From: Anaerolineales bacterium | GTDB taxonomy: Bacteria; Chloroflexota; Anaerolineae; Anaerolineales; UBA11579 | Reading direction: 5' to 3' | DNA: 58,875 nucleotides | Assembly: GCA_016935415.1 (NCBI GenBank) | Contig: JAFGRA010000318.1 | Span: forward strand, 1 to 58,875 | Shown: positions 18,987-28,469 of the stretch, piece after piece | How the letters are laid out: every line of letters starts with the position of its first letter | How positions within the stretch are numbered: position 1 is the first letter of the stretch | Notes under the pieces: generated by a model | Database searches by the model: none | What the model was told of the DNA's origin: nothing | Seen by the model: the letters and a program-made list of their open reading frames with translations, nothing else | Position numbers and translations under genes: made by a program

Positions 18987-19015
18987 TTGCCATCGCAGGG
19001 CGAAGGTGCTATAAT
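18987..19015 (+). promoter_or_regulatory. Sigma-70-type promoter for tRNA-Val
   Basis: TTGCCA (18987-18992), 17-nt spacer, consensus TATAAT (19010-19015), 14 nt before the mature tRNA 5' end. Confidence 0.55.
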
Positions 19016-19029
19016 ATCGCCCTGTCCTA

Positions 19030-19103
<74 letters not shown>

Positions 19104-19156
19104 CTTTTCCACTCTTGCTAAACCATCACATTTATAAATAGGGGAAAGGGGTTGCT

Positions 19157-19606
19157 TTGGCTAAGTATTTTAGAACACGGTTCTTTGTCCGGCTGGCAAT
19201 ACTCGCGTTTGTGGGTTTTGTTTATTGGGTCAGCTCCATAGCCGGAAACGTATCCAGTGATTGCCCGCTTGACGAAGTGGAACAGGCCGAAGAAGAAATC
19301 TACGATGCCTACAAACACTTCATTCGGGTTGGAGAAGATGCTATCAATGCAAGGAACATGACTGCCAACATTACCCAAATGTGGGGCATCGTGCACGAGG
19401 TAGAAAATGTCACCACCCCGCCCTGCCTACTCACCGCCAAGAACCTTGCTATCCGTAGCATGAAAACAGGGATAGAAGGCTTCGAGGCCGTAAGCGCCGG
19501 GAATTTGGTTCTTGCCGAGAGTAAGTTCGATGTTGCTGGGGATCTGTCCGAAAGCTTCGAGGATGAACTGGCGAGAATACACAGATGTGCACCGGACTGT
19601 GAATGA
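19157..19606 (+). CDS. Hypothetical small membrane-anchored protein
   Basis: TTG start, N-terminal TM helix (FFVRLAILAFVGFVYWV), helical acidic ectodomain with 4 Cys. No recognised family. Confidence 0.4.
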   Translation: MAKYFRTRFFVRLAILAFVGFVYWVSSIAGNVSSDCPLDEVEQAEEEIYDAYKHFIRVGEDAINARNMTANITQMWGIVHEVENVTTPPCLLTAKNLAIRSMKTGIEGFEAVSAGNLVLAESKFDVAGDLSESFEDELARIHRCAPDCE

Positions 19607-19704
19607 TTTTATTTGGGGGTAACTAACATCTGAATTAGCTAACCTGGATTCCTTTCCGGAGTCTGTTTTGCATCCCGCTCCTGGTGTGGCGGTAGAATCC
19701 GCGC

Positions 19705-20985
19705 TTACCCCACTAAACTTTCAATCGCACTTACAGCTTTTCCCCCCTCCGTAAATTCTCGCAGCCGCACCCCAAGTTCTTGCGCGGCTGTTTTATATTG
19801 GCTGTTCCCTAAAACATTCTCCACTGCCTCCCGAATGCGTTCTAGCGAGCCGTGGTCAGCTTTCGTCGCCAGGAAGGAATACTTCCCGTAACGCCAACGC
19901 TGCTGGATCAGGCGCATTTCTCCGGCATCCATTGGGCTAAGCACCTGAGCAACCGAGAGGCTTTCCAGTCTGCGCCCGTTAGCTTCCTGCTCGCTGTGGA
20001 AGGGTACCACCACGCTCGGTTTCCCAAACCAGAGCACTTCCATCGTCGTGCCATAACCTCCATGATAGACCACCAGATCGGCCTGCGCGATCACCGCCGG
20101 ACCAGTCACCCAATCCTTGACGATGAAATTCTCCGGCACCGGGGCAAGTTCCTCGGCCGGAATTTTGCCGCTCGTTGAAACGATCACCGTCATCTCGCGG
20201 CCACCTAATGCCTGAAAGACTTTTTCAAAGAAAGTCTTATTACCTACCGCACCTCCGCCAATTGTCACGTAGACCAATGGCCGCGTCCGGTCAAGTGATT
20301 CCAGCCAATTTGCGCCTTCGAGTGAAGCCACCGGGCGCGTCAGCGCCCCCACATATGCAGTATTTTCCAGATCATCGGGCAATGGGTCAAGTAGCGGGAT
20401 GCTGGGGATCAGGGTCAGGTCGCCAAACAGCATTTCTTCTGTCCGTTCGATCTCTGCCAGATCATACTTTCGCAGCACTTTCCCAAACAGTCGGCGCGGG
20501 TCGGGCGGCACGACGTTATCAAGCACATCCCGCCACCATACCAACCCGCTGCCACGCGGGTGCAGGATCGAGCGTACAATCTGCACAACCGGAATACCAG
20601 TCGCCTTACCGAGCATACCGGTCGGCAGCCAAGCGTCGCCAATCAACACCTGGGGCTGTACCTGCTGGATGAAGCGCAGTTGCTCCCGCATTGTCCGCCG
20701 CCACATACGCGGTGAATCTAGACGGTCGCGCACAAGTTGATAATCCATGTTGGTGAAAAACGTATACATGTTATGCCCGGATTCTTTCTCCACCGGGCGG
20801 AACGGGTAGCGCGGTTCAGATGCAGAAAATCCTTTTTTGCGCACACCTTCCAGGTGCTTCCCCGCCAGCACAAAATGGGATTCCCAGCCCGCGGCCTTTA
20901 ACGAATCCGCCAATGCCAGGCAGCGCCCAATATGCCCAAAACCACTTCCCAGGTAGCTGGGAAAGAACAGCGCCTTCTTCTTCAT
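19705..20985 (-). CDS. GT1-family (MGT/UDP-glycosyltransferase-type, GT-B fold) glycosyltransferase
   Basis: N-terminal GSGFGHIGRCLALA and C-terminal donor-binding motif VVYHGGYGTTMEVLWFGKPSVVVPFHSEQEANGRRLE, typical of macrolide/rifamycin-type GT1 enzymes. Start overlaps the upstream stop by 1 nt. Confidence 0.8.
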   Translation of the reverse strand: MKKKALFFPSYLGSGFGHIGRCLALADSLKAAGWESHFVLAGKHLEGVRKKGFSASEPRYPFRPVEKESGHNMYTFFTNMDYQLVRDRLDSPRMWRRTMREQLRFIQQVQPQVLIGDAWLPTGMLGKATGIPVVQIVRSILHPRGSGLVWWRDVLDNVVPPDPRRLFGKVLRKYDLAEIERTEEMLFGDLTLIPSIPLLDPLPDDLENTAYVGALTRPVASLEGANWLESLDRTRPLVYVTIGGGAVGNKTFFEKVFQALGGREMTVIVSTSGKIPAEELAPVPENFIVKDWVTGPAVIAQADLVVYHGGYGTTMEVLWFGKPSVVVPFHSEQEANGRRLESLSVAQVLSPMDAGEMRLIQQRWRYGKYSFLATKADHGSLERIREAVENVLGNSQYKTAAQELGVRLREFTEGGKAVSAIESLVG

Positions 20986-23348
20986 CAGTCTACTTCCTCT
21001 GCTTCCGTCGACTCAGACGACAAGATCACAATCTGGCCGCGGTCACCGTCCAGCCGGATGTAGTCGCCATCTTGGATCAATTGGGTAGCATCACGCACAT
21101 TCACTACTGCTGGAATACCATACTCGCGCGCTACCGTTGCCCCATGCGACAATATCCCGCCAATCTCGGTCACCAGACCGGCGCAGCTCAAAAACAACGG
21201 CGTCCAGCCCGGATCGGTATGCGGGGCTACCAGGATGCTGCCTGGCCGGAAGTGTTGCAATTCACTCAAATCGTGCAGTACGCAAGCCGTCCCCTCGACC
21301 ACACCAGGACTGCACGGGATGCCCAACAAACCGCCCTCAGCTACTTGCTCAACTGAGTCCGCCCGCGAGAGCACCAGTTCCGGGGCGTGCTGCTGACTGT
21401 GCGTGTTGTATTGCGCTTTCCGTTCCGCGATCAATTCAAGCGGTGAACTCGACAGACCGCGGCCTTCAATCAACGCGCGCAATTCGATGCGCTTGAAGAA
21501 GAACACGTCAGCCACTTCTGGGATGCTCTGCTCCGTGGCTAATTTCTCGCCGATCCTGAGATAATGCTGCCGCAACGCCGCAAACCCGGTGATCAACCGG
21601 TACTTGACTTCTTCACGCAGCACAGTATAGGCGCGTAGTTTCGCAACAGCCTGCTCCACCAATTTGCGCTGCCACGATGGCAATCCGGTTGCGGCAAATT
21701 TGCGCGCTGGTTTTGCTCTTGAAGAACTTATCCCACCGGCTTGGATCACACCAATATTATTGCGAATGATCTCCAACGCGTAGGTCGGGTCTTCTCCCCA
21801 GCGCGGCTGTGAAAGCTCAAATTCGCCCGCTGTTCGTCCACCATGAATTTCAAAGAAAGTATCCATTTCAGCTGCAATCCGTGCCCCAGGTTCGCTATCC
21901 AGCAACACCACCCGGATAGCAGGCCATGATTTATCATTTGTAAATAGACCAGCAAGCGTTTCATCTTCCGCCGCGATCTCAGCCACGCGCCAGAGCACTT
22001 TGCCCGGCTCGGAGGTACGCAGCTCTTCACCCGTCGACAAGATATCGGATAACAGCTTCTCGGTATCGGCTGGTGCCCAGGCATACAGCATACGCTCCAA
22101 AACCGCAAACGCGCCAATCGCGTACGTCGTCACCTTTAAATGCAAAGAGAAACACCCCGCCGTCCAACGCAGCAGTTCCGGCACATCTTCATCTAAAGGC
22201 AAAGCGGGGTAAGTATCCACCAGGCGAGAAAGCCGGTCAATCACACCCAACAGATCGCCCCAAAAGATCAATTTCGCCAGCATCACCGGTAGATTGCGCA
22301 CCGGTCGGTAAGGTAACACGGTATCCGGGTAGCGCAGGCCCAGCACTTTGCCAACCACATCCGGCGTCAAGTAAGGCAGGTAACAAAAACGGTGCAGCAT
22401 GCCAATGACCTGCACGTAGACGCGCCCGTAGAAGCGGTTCACGCCCTGACCTTCCGCGACGGAGGCGTCCTCACTCACGTTTTGGGTAAGCGTGGCCTGG
22501 AACACATCCCAGGTCAGCGGCGTGGCGACGTCAGGCAATACCTCACCCACGTTGGCACGCGTCCAAAGCTGCTCAATCTCGATGTGCTTGGGCACGGTAG
22601 TGATCGGCCTGCTTTGCAAAGCATACAAGTTCTCACCGTCCAACGCCCATTCGATATCTTGATCCGGCCCCAACAACTGCTCTACGCCTAACGCCAAGGC
22701 AATCAAGTCCGTGATCTCGCTGTCAGTCAAAATATTAGAATCGGGGATGGATAATGTCTCTGAGTGCCACGCTAATCGCAGCATCTCCGGTTCCTGGCGG
22801 CCGGACAACAATTCTTCGCCCAGTCCAGGCACAGTTTCGACCACCAATACGTTCCGGTCACCGGTGCTCGGATCAGCAGTGAACATCACTCCACTCTTGG
22901 TGGCATTCACCTGGCGCTGCACCAGCAGGGGCAAAGCCAGCGCATCGCCATCCAGACCCTGCCGTCGCAAATATACTTGCAGTTCCTCAGCATCCACTCC
23001 CGCCCAACATTCCTCAATGGCGGCTCTGAGTTGGTCAAAATTGGAAATCGAGAGGATCGTCTTGTACAATCCTGCAAAAGAAGCATCTGGCAAATCTTCG
23101 TTCAGGCCGGACGAACGCACCGCTACCAATTCACCCTGAGGGGCTAGTTCACGATAGGCGCGCACCACTTCTTCCCAGAAACTAGCCTCATCGATCCCTT
23201 CGGGTGCTTGTAGGATACAAAAACCGGGCGGCACCGGCAGCCCAGCCTGGCACAACGCCCCCAAAACAGCAGCCTTATTGCCAACCCGGTCGCCGTCCGT
23301 TAAGGTAACCGCATCCAATGGCAAAATATAACGGGAAGTCTGGCCCAT
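20985..23348 (-). CDS. PEP-utilising-enzyme family phosphotransferase: N-terminal PPDK_N ATP-grasp, long middle domain, C-terminal swivel phosphohistidine domain (rifampicin-phosphotransferase-like architecture)
   Basis: N-terminus VGNKAAVLGALCQAGLPVPPGF. C-terminus ILVAPHTDPGWTPLFLSCAGLVTEIGGILSHGATVAREYGIPAVVNV (mobile His domain). No C-terminal PEP/pyruvate TIM barrel, so it is not a canonical PpsA/PPDK. Confidence 0.75.
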   Translation of the reverse strand: MGQTSRYILPLDAVTLTDGDRVGNKAAVLGALCQAGLPVPPGFCILQAPEGIDEASFWEEVVRAYRELAPQGELVAVRSSGLNEDLPDASFAGLYKTILSISNFDQLRAAIEECWAGVDAEELQVYLRRQGLDGDALALPLLVQRQVNATKSGVMFTADPSTGDRNVLVVETVPGLGEELLSGRQEPEMLRLAWHSETLSIPDSNILTDSEITDLIALALGVEQLLGPDQDIEWALDGENLYALQSRPITTVPKHIEIEQLWTRANVGEVLPDVATPLTWDVFQATLTQNVSEDASVAEGQGVNRFYGRVYVQVIGMLHRFCYLPYLTPDVVGKVLGLRYPDTVLPYRPVRNLPVMLAKLIFWGDLLGVIDRLSRLVDTYPALPLDEDVPELLRWTAGCFSLHLKVTTYAIGAFAVLERMLYAWAPADTEKLLSDILSTGEELRTSEPGKVLWRVAEIAAEDETLAGLFTNDKSWPAIRVVLLDSEPGARIAAEMDTFFEIHGGRTAGEFELSQPRWGEDPTYALEIIRNNIGVIQAGGISSSRAKPARKFAATGLPSWQRKLVEQAVAKLRAYTVLREEVKYRLITGFAALRQHYLRIGEKLATEQSIPEVADVFFFKRIELRALIEGRGLSSSPLELIAERKAQYNTHSQQHAPELVLSRADSVEQVAEGGLLGIPCSPGVVEGTACVLHDLSELQHFRPGSILVAPHTDPGWTPLFLSCAGLVTEIGGILSHGATVAREYGIPAVVNVRDATQLIQDGDYIRLDGDRGQIVILSSESTEAEEVD

Positions 23349-23357
23349 CCGCTAACC

Positions 23358-24782
23358 TCAGCGCACCAACAATGTATAGGCACTGCGCGCCGGGAAAGTA
23401 TATGGAAAGCATCCCGCGCTGTCTAATGTCCCTATATCGGCTGGCTCGCTACCTTCCAGGTTATTCAGAATTTCCACATCCCCGGCCAGCGCGTATTCAG
23501 CTGCCATGCAGAAAGTCACCGGCGCTTTTTGTGGCCCGGCGTTGACTACCCACACAGCCACTTCATCACCAGTTGCAGAGCCTTGCCGAACGGCAAAGAG
23601 TTCCAGACCGCTCTCATTTTCAACGGCTACCAGTTGACCTTCCCCTAAATGATTATATATATTGGCGAACACCCAATAGGTTGGGTATAGATGGTAGGCA
23701 TCACCACGCGCGTTCGTGCCGCGCGAATCGGCAAATAGGCCATGTCCCGACCACCCCAATACGCTCGTGTAGGTATCTGCCAGCCGGAAGTGGATCACGC
23801 CATCGATGCCGCCCGGCCACAGGTAGGCCAACGTTTGCGAAAAATGCAGTGCGGCCGCTTCAGTCGAGAAATCCATGCCACCATCCGGGCTGCCGTGCTC
23901 AGTGCTGGCAAATTCGGTTATCCATACCGGCCCAAAGACGGAAAGCCGATCCAAACGCTGCAACAGGGCATCATTCAAGTTCTCCTGCCCGGCTTCATAA
24001 ACATGGTACGCCCAGCCGTCGCAACAGCCTTCTGGCTGTGCATTGTAGAAAGCCGCCGTCCAATCCGTGCCATGCACTTCGTCCAAACCAAACATACCAA
24101 TCTCCGGCGAGACTGCGTCAAGAGCTGCGCGTGTCTCTATCGCCATACGCAGCAAATCATCCTGGCTGCCCGTGAAAAAGGGCTCTAAATTAGGTTCGTT
24201 TACGAAAGCAAACGAAAGCCGTGCTGGTGCGATGTCGCAATCCTCCACCAGCCAGCGGAACAGTTCACGCACGAATTCGCGGTGTTCGGCGTAATCCACC
24301 GGGGGGAAGGTACCGCCCAACCCAACATAGCCGCCCGGCGTATCGGCATTCCAGCGCGCCGGCAGCCACATATTGATCTGGAAAACCATCTCGGGGAATT
24401 CTTGCCCCAATCGAGTGAACATTTCCTGATAGGTCAGGGTCTTGCCATTCTCCGGGTCGAGCGGGATCGTCAATCCAAAATTGATCTCCGAGAAATTGGG
24501 ATCGGCGTTGTCATTGACCGGTTCAATGTATTCCTGCGTGATCTGCACACGCAATACATTCGCCCCCAATGTCCGGATGCGCTCCACAAACAAATCAGTA
24601 TCCTGATCGACCCAGGCATACTCCACGCCATAATAACTTGGCAAGGATACATCCAACACATCCGCCGAGATATGTACCGTAGTTTCCTCCGCCGTTCCCC
24701 CGGCACACGCAAAGTTCGCCAAGAGCAGCAAAATCACTCCACTAAGCATATAAAAACTTCTAGCTCCCATTACGCGCCTCAT
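23358..24782 (-). CDS. Secreted lipoprotein, clan GH-A (beta/alpha)8 glycoside-hydrolase-like
   Basis: Lipobox LLLLANFAC. Acid/base motif FVNEPN and nucleophile motif VWITEFAS, as in GH5/GH39-type enzymes. Start set at ATG 24782, forming an ATGA overlap with the upstream stop. The track ORF start 24902 lies inside the upstream gene. Confidence 0.65.
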   Translation of the reverse strand: MRRVMGARSFYMLSGVILLLLANFACAGGTAEETTVHISADVLDVSLPSYYGVEYAWVDQDTDLFVERIRTLGANVLRVQITQEYIEPVNDNADPNFSEINFGLTIPLDPENGKTLTYQEMFTRLGQEFPEMVFQINMWLPARWNADTPGGYVGLGGTFPPVDYAEHREFVRELFRWLVEDCDIAPARLSFAFVNEPNLEPFFTGSQDDLLRMAIETRAALDAVSPEIGMFGLDEVHGTDWTAAFYNAQPEGCCDGWAYHVYEAGQENLNDALLQRLDRLSVFGPVWITEFASTEHGSPDGGMDFSTEAAALHFSQTLAYLWPGGIDGVIHFRLADTYTSVLGWSGHGLFADSRGTNARGDAYHLYPTYWVFANIYNHLGEGQLVAVENESGLELFAVRQGSATGDEVAVWVVNAGPQKAPVTFCMAAEYALAGDVEILNNLEGSEPADIGTLDSAGCFPYTFPARSAYTLLVR

Positions 24783-26014
24783 TCCACCGTGTCTTTCTCT
24801 TTCATCAACGCCCGCAACTTCTCCACTATTCCGCGCCGGGTGCGTCCCAGCAGATCGTATCCGGCCAGCAGAAAGATCTGCCACCAGGGTAATTGCGGCC
24901 AATTAGTGCGCAGGCGCATCAGCATTTGTTCCGAAGTCAAGTCCTGCACACGCGGGATCTGGCTATTCCAACTCTCGGCGCTCTGCCCCCAACTCGGCAC
25001 CGCCAGCCATTTTCCCTGCTGGTAGATGCGTTTGTAATCTGCGTCCCAGCCGGATTGGTAATGATTCAAGGTTTTGGTTGAGAAATCATTCTGGCTATGC
25101 GCAATTATCGCTGCTTCACCCGCCAACTTGCCACTCAACAGGGCCGGCTCGCTGCCCATGCAAGACCAGATCGTCGCCAGCCCGGCCGCATCCCCCACGC
25201 GCATCACGCCGTCATTGACCATGCGGTTCGGCGGGCAGATTGGGATCGATCCGGCTTCGTTATGCACCACTTCGGCATCTTTAAACCAGTTTGCATACGG
25301 CTCGAATTCGCGGAAAGCAGCATCATAACGCGCCTTGGCCAGCTTGCCGGGAAAGGCTACATTATCACCCAACGTAGCATAGCCGAAACTCACCAGGCCG
25401 TCATCCAGCGGATAGATCCAACCGCCACCATCACCATAATCATCACTCGGTGCCAGGAAGTAGACTTCTTCCGGATCGGGTACAGGGCAGTTCTTCAACA
25501 ATTGTCCGAAACTATGGCTGTACATGGTCGGCCGTGGCAAATCCAACCAACGGCTGGTCAGCATTGCTTTGCCGGAAGCATCAATGACCAGTGGGGTTTG
25601 GATACGCTCTCCGGAGCCGGTCGACAGTTTCCAACCGCCCTCGCGCCCGCGTTTGATTCCGGTCACATTATCTTTGAGCAGAGAGAGGTTTCCACCAGCT
25701 AAAGCCCGTTCCTGCAGAATTTCACAGGCTTTTCGGTAATGCAGTGCCACTAGGGGGTTCCCATCAAAAGGATGAGAGGACTTATTGCCAAGCGGACTAT
25801 CGAACGTAAAGCGATTGTAAGTACCCTGCACACTCTCCTGTAGACCGAAGCGCTCCACCACATCTACGAAGGTCATTGGCGTAGTCCGGTTGCTGCCCAC
25901 ATGCCTTTTCTCAAATAAGGCCACTGATAGCTCGGAGGCGGTGGAAAGCACCTCGGCTGCCGATAATCCTGCCAACCCTGCGCCAATGATCACAACATCA
26001 TACTGCATATCCAT
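24779..26014 (-). CDS. FAD-dependent oxidoreductase of the geranylgeranyl-reductase type
   Basis: N-terminal dinucleotide fold YDVVIIGAGLAGLSAAE. Internal VIDASG and RVGDAAGLA motifs typical of the GGR/FixC/UbiH superfamily. Sits between prenyl-related genes. Confidence 0.7.
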   Translation of the reverse strand: MDMQYDVVIIGAGLAGLSAAEVLSTASELSVALFEKRHVGSNRTTPMTFVDVVERFGLQESVQGTYNRFTFDSPLGNKSSHPFDGNPLVALHYRKACEILQERALAGGNLSLLKDNVTGIKRGREGGWKLSTGSGERIQTPLVIDASGKAMLTSRWLDLPRPTMYSHSFGQLLKNCPVPDPEEVYFLAPSDDYGDGGGWIYPLDDGLVSFGYATLGDNVAFPGKLAKARYDAAFREFEPYANWFKDAEVVHNEAGSIPICPPNRMVNDGVMRVGDAAGLATIWSCMGSEPALLSGKLAGEAAIIAHSQNDFSTKTLNHYQSGWDADYKRIYQQGKWLAVPSWGQSAESWNSQIPRVQDLTSEQMLMRLRTNWPQLPWWQIFLLAGYDLLGRTRRGIVEKLRALMKEKDTVE

Positions 26015-26049
26015 ACCTATTAAACTAAGCGACTAAAAGAATAACAGCC

Positions 26050-27132
26050 TTATTGATTTTGCTGCTGCTCGGGCGCAGGATGTCGCCAGCGGTTGTAGAG
26101 CGCCCGCAGCGGCCATAGCCAATCTGCCTGTCCCAATACCAGCCTCCAGAACAGGAACACCAGCAGCAGCCCCCATACATACACATTTTGCAAACAAGCC
26201 AGGAACAAGAGGTAAGCCGGAATACCCAGGTTGGGCAGCGTCTCGTGCAGCAGTTTAGTAGTGCTGTGTCCCGGCGTGTAATACGGCTCGACCACCACGC
26301 CCGGTTCGCCGCGCGCCATCTCGACAAAAGCCAGCACCAGAAACAGCAGGTAAAGCAGGAACAACGGCAGACCTACCGGAAATCGCAGACCGAAAATCTC
26401 CCATTGGCCCAGGTTCAGCCAAACCACCAGACATACCAACCCGACCGCCAGCTTATCGGCAAGCAAAGCGATGCAGTACAACGCGTCCATTTTGCTCGTC
26501 GAAGCCCTGGCTCCCAGCGTGCCCGCGCCGGTCTCCCGGTCGCGCAGTTGGTCATGACGCTGGTGAGCCACTTCCAGGGTGGCGCCGCTGATCGTATAGG
26601 CAGCCACCAAAGCCCACATATCCCAGCCACCCAATTCGCCCAAGGCAGCAAAGGTCAACAACAAAGGCAGCGTCCACTGCGCCACTGCCGAGACCGAAAG
26701 CCCCAATGTGCCCTTTTCTTTCAGGCGCACGGGCGGCAGCGAATAACCCAAAGCAAAGAAAATCCACAATAGCCACAGTACCACAAAACCCGGTTGCCCA
26801 ATAAAGGGAACACCAGACATCAACGCCAGCAGAAAAAGCATCATCAGTGCGGTAATACCCTGTCCCAATGACAGGTTCAGAAAAACATTCGGCTTCCCCT
26901 GGCGGCGGTCCAGATCGCGGTCGCCCCAATCGTTGGCAACGTAACCCAAGGCGGAATGCAGTAGAGCATAAACAAAGAACAGGCCAACTCGCAATAGGAA
27001 ACCGGCCGAGATCAGCTGATCGGAAAGGCCGATGTAAAAACCAAGCGAGAGCAAGACCGGGATTTTTCCCGGTCCCCAATCACGCCAGCGCACAAATACG
27101 CCTGCTTTTTGGAAGATTTGCTTCAAACTCAC
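26050..27132 (-). CDS. UbiA-superfamily membrane prenyltransferase
   Basis: About 9 TM helices. First Asp-rich motif YVANDWGDRDLDRRQGKPN (NDxxDxxxD) and a second acidic motif HQRHDQLRDRE. Confidence 0.8.
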   Translation of the reverse strand: MSLKQIFQKAGVFVRWRDWGPGKIPVLLSLGFYIGLSDQLISAGFLLRVGLFFVYALLHSALGYVANDWGDRDLDRRQGKPNVFLNLSLGQGITALMMLFLLALMSGVPFIGQPGFVVLWLLWIFFALGYSLPPVRLKEKGTLGLSVSAVAQWTLPLLLTFAALGELGGWDMWALVAAYTISGATLEVAHQRHDQLRDRETGAGTLGARASTSKMDALYCIALLADKLAVGLVCLVVWLNLGQWEIFGLRFPVGLPLFLLYLLFLVLAFVEMARGEPGVVVEPYYTPGHSTTKLLHETLPNLGIPAYLLFLACLQNVYVWGLLLVFLFWRLVLGQADWLWPLRALYNRWRHPAPEQQQNQ

Positions 27133-28460
27133 AACGCGCCCTTCTCCGCGCTCTTCCGCATCCTAAAACGCACGATCATGTCTTTGAGTACGCCAAATTG
27201 CTGTTTCACTTCAGCTAACTTAGGCAGCAACATGTCCCGCCAGTTGAGGGACGTTTCGCCAATGAACTTGAACGACAACACCAGCGTCATGACAGCGTAG
27301 CCGAATGCCGTAGCTGCCGCCGCTCCGTTCGTTCCCCACAGCGGTAGAAGTACAAAGATCGCGATGGCAGTAACAGCCACACCAATCACTGCGGCCAACA
27401 CCATCCATTGCTGTCGGTCTTTGGCCGTAAAATAGCGGATCAGCACCTTGTACAATCCCATCGCCATAATGCCGGGCATCAGCACGATCAATGGGATCAC
27501 ACTGGCCTGGTAATCTGCGCCATACACCAGCGGGATCAATAACCAGCCAGTCGACAACAGCCCGATCCCGATTAGCGCCGTAAATACCATTGTAAAACGT
27601 CCAACCTTGGCGGTGAGTGGTCCGATCTCAGCATCCTCCACAGCAGTCAAGCGCGGGAACAGCACCAGCCCAACCGAGTCGGGAATATACCACACCATTT
27701 CTCCCAGTGAAGCTGCCAGGCTGTAATAAGCCACTTCAACCGGAGAGAGGTAAATCGCCAGCAGGTACATGGATAGGCGATAATTCAAGAAGCCCAACAT
27801 ATTATGGGCATAGATCTTGGAGCCATACAAGAATGATTCTTTGAGCATCCCGCCATTAAAGCCCAATTCCACCGGTATGGTGATCATCAACGAGACCAGG
27901 GCGAACAACAACGTGGTGGTCATCACCCCAAAATAAAGTGCGATCACCTGTGTCAACCCACCATGGAATCCAAAAAAGATTACCGAGATTCCAGTCAGCA
28001 GCAAAATTCCTTCCAATAGACGCTGCAAGTTGAACAGGTCGAAACGGTCATAGGCGCGCAGGAAGGAAAGCAGCATCCGGCTCAAAAGCAAAACAGGTAC
28101 TAACAGCACCATCCAGATATACGCTTCTTTCGGCATGCCCTTCAAAACCAATTCCTGGACCGGAATGCGCAGCAGCCACAACCCGATTGTAGCCACCAGC
28201 CCCACCACCAGGCAATACGCCAGTGAATTCCCCAGCACGTAACGCGGCGCGTACTCTTTTTTCTTTAACATATAAATATTGGCCTGTGACAATCCCACGT
28301 CTAGGAAGCTATACACCAGGATCGGCAACGTCATCACCAGAAACATAATGCCCCGGTCCAGCACGGTCAGGAAGCGCGCCAACAGGATGCCGACTACCGC
28401 ATTGATGCCAACCATGATAATCTCGGCCGAGAAGGTGAAGAGTACGTTTTTGAAAAACAA
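27129..28460 (-). CDS. MOP-superfamily polysaccharide/lipid-linked oligosaccharide flippase (Wzx-like)
   Basis: About 12-14 TM helices and size typical of Wzx/polysaccharide biosynthesis proteins. ATGA-type 4-nt overlap with the UbiA gene. Confidence 0.7.
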   Translation of the reverse strand: MFFKNVLFTFSAEIIMVGINAVVGILLARFLTVLDRGIMFLVMTLPILVYSFLDVGLSQANIYMLKKKEYAPRYVLGNSLAYCLVVGLVATIGLWLLRIPVQELVLKGMPKEAYIWMVLLVPVLLLSRMLLSFLRAYDRFDLFNLQRLLEGILLLTGISVIFFGFHGGLTQVIALYFGVMTTTLLFALVSLMITIPVELGFNGGMLKESFLYGSKIYAHNMLGFLNYRLSMYLLAIYLSPVEVAYYSLAASLGEMVWYIPDSVGLVLFPRLTAVEDAEIGPLTAKVGRFTMVFTALIGIGLLSTGWLLIPLVYGADYQASVIPLIVLMPGIMAMGLYKVLIRYFTAKDRQQWMVLAAVIGVAVTAIAIFVLLPLWGTNGAAAATAFGYAVMTLVLSFKFIGETSLNWRDMLLPKLAEVKQQFGVLKDMIVRFRMRKSAEKGAL

Positions 28461-28469
28461 AGCGAATCC

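Noticed and set aside
18995-19024. Inverted repeat CAGGGCGA / TCGCCCTG overlapping the tRNA-Val promoter, considered as a terminator for the upstream membrane-protein gene
   Set aside because: No U-tract follows, and the loop contains the -10 box. It may be fortuitous or regulatory, and there is not enough evidence to call it a terminator.
24282-25025. 247-aa plus-strand ORF
   Set aside because: Antisense across the GH-A/GGR gene junction. No recognisable domain and R/H-rich.
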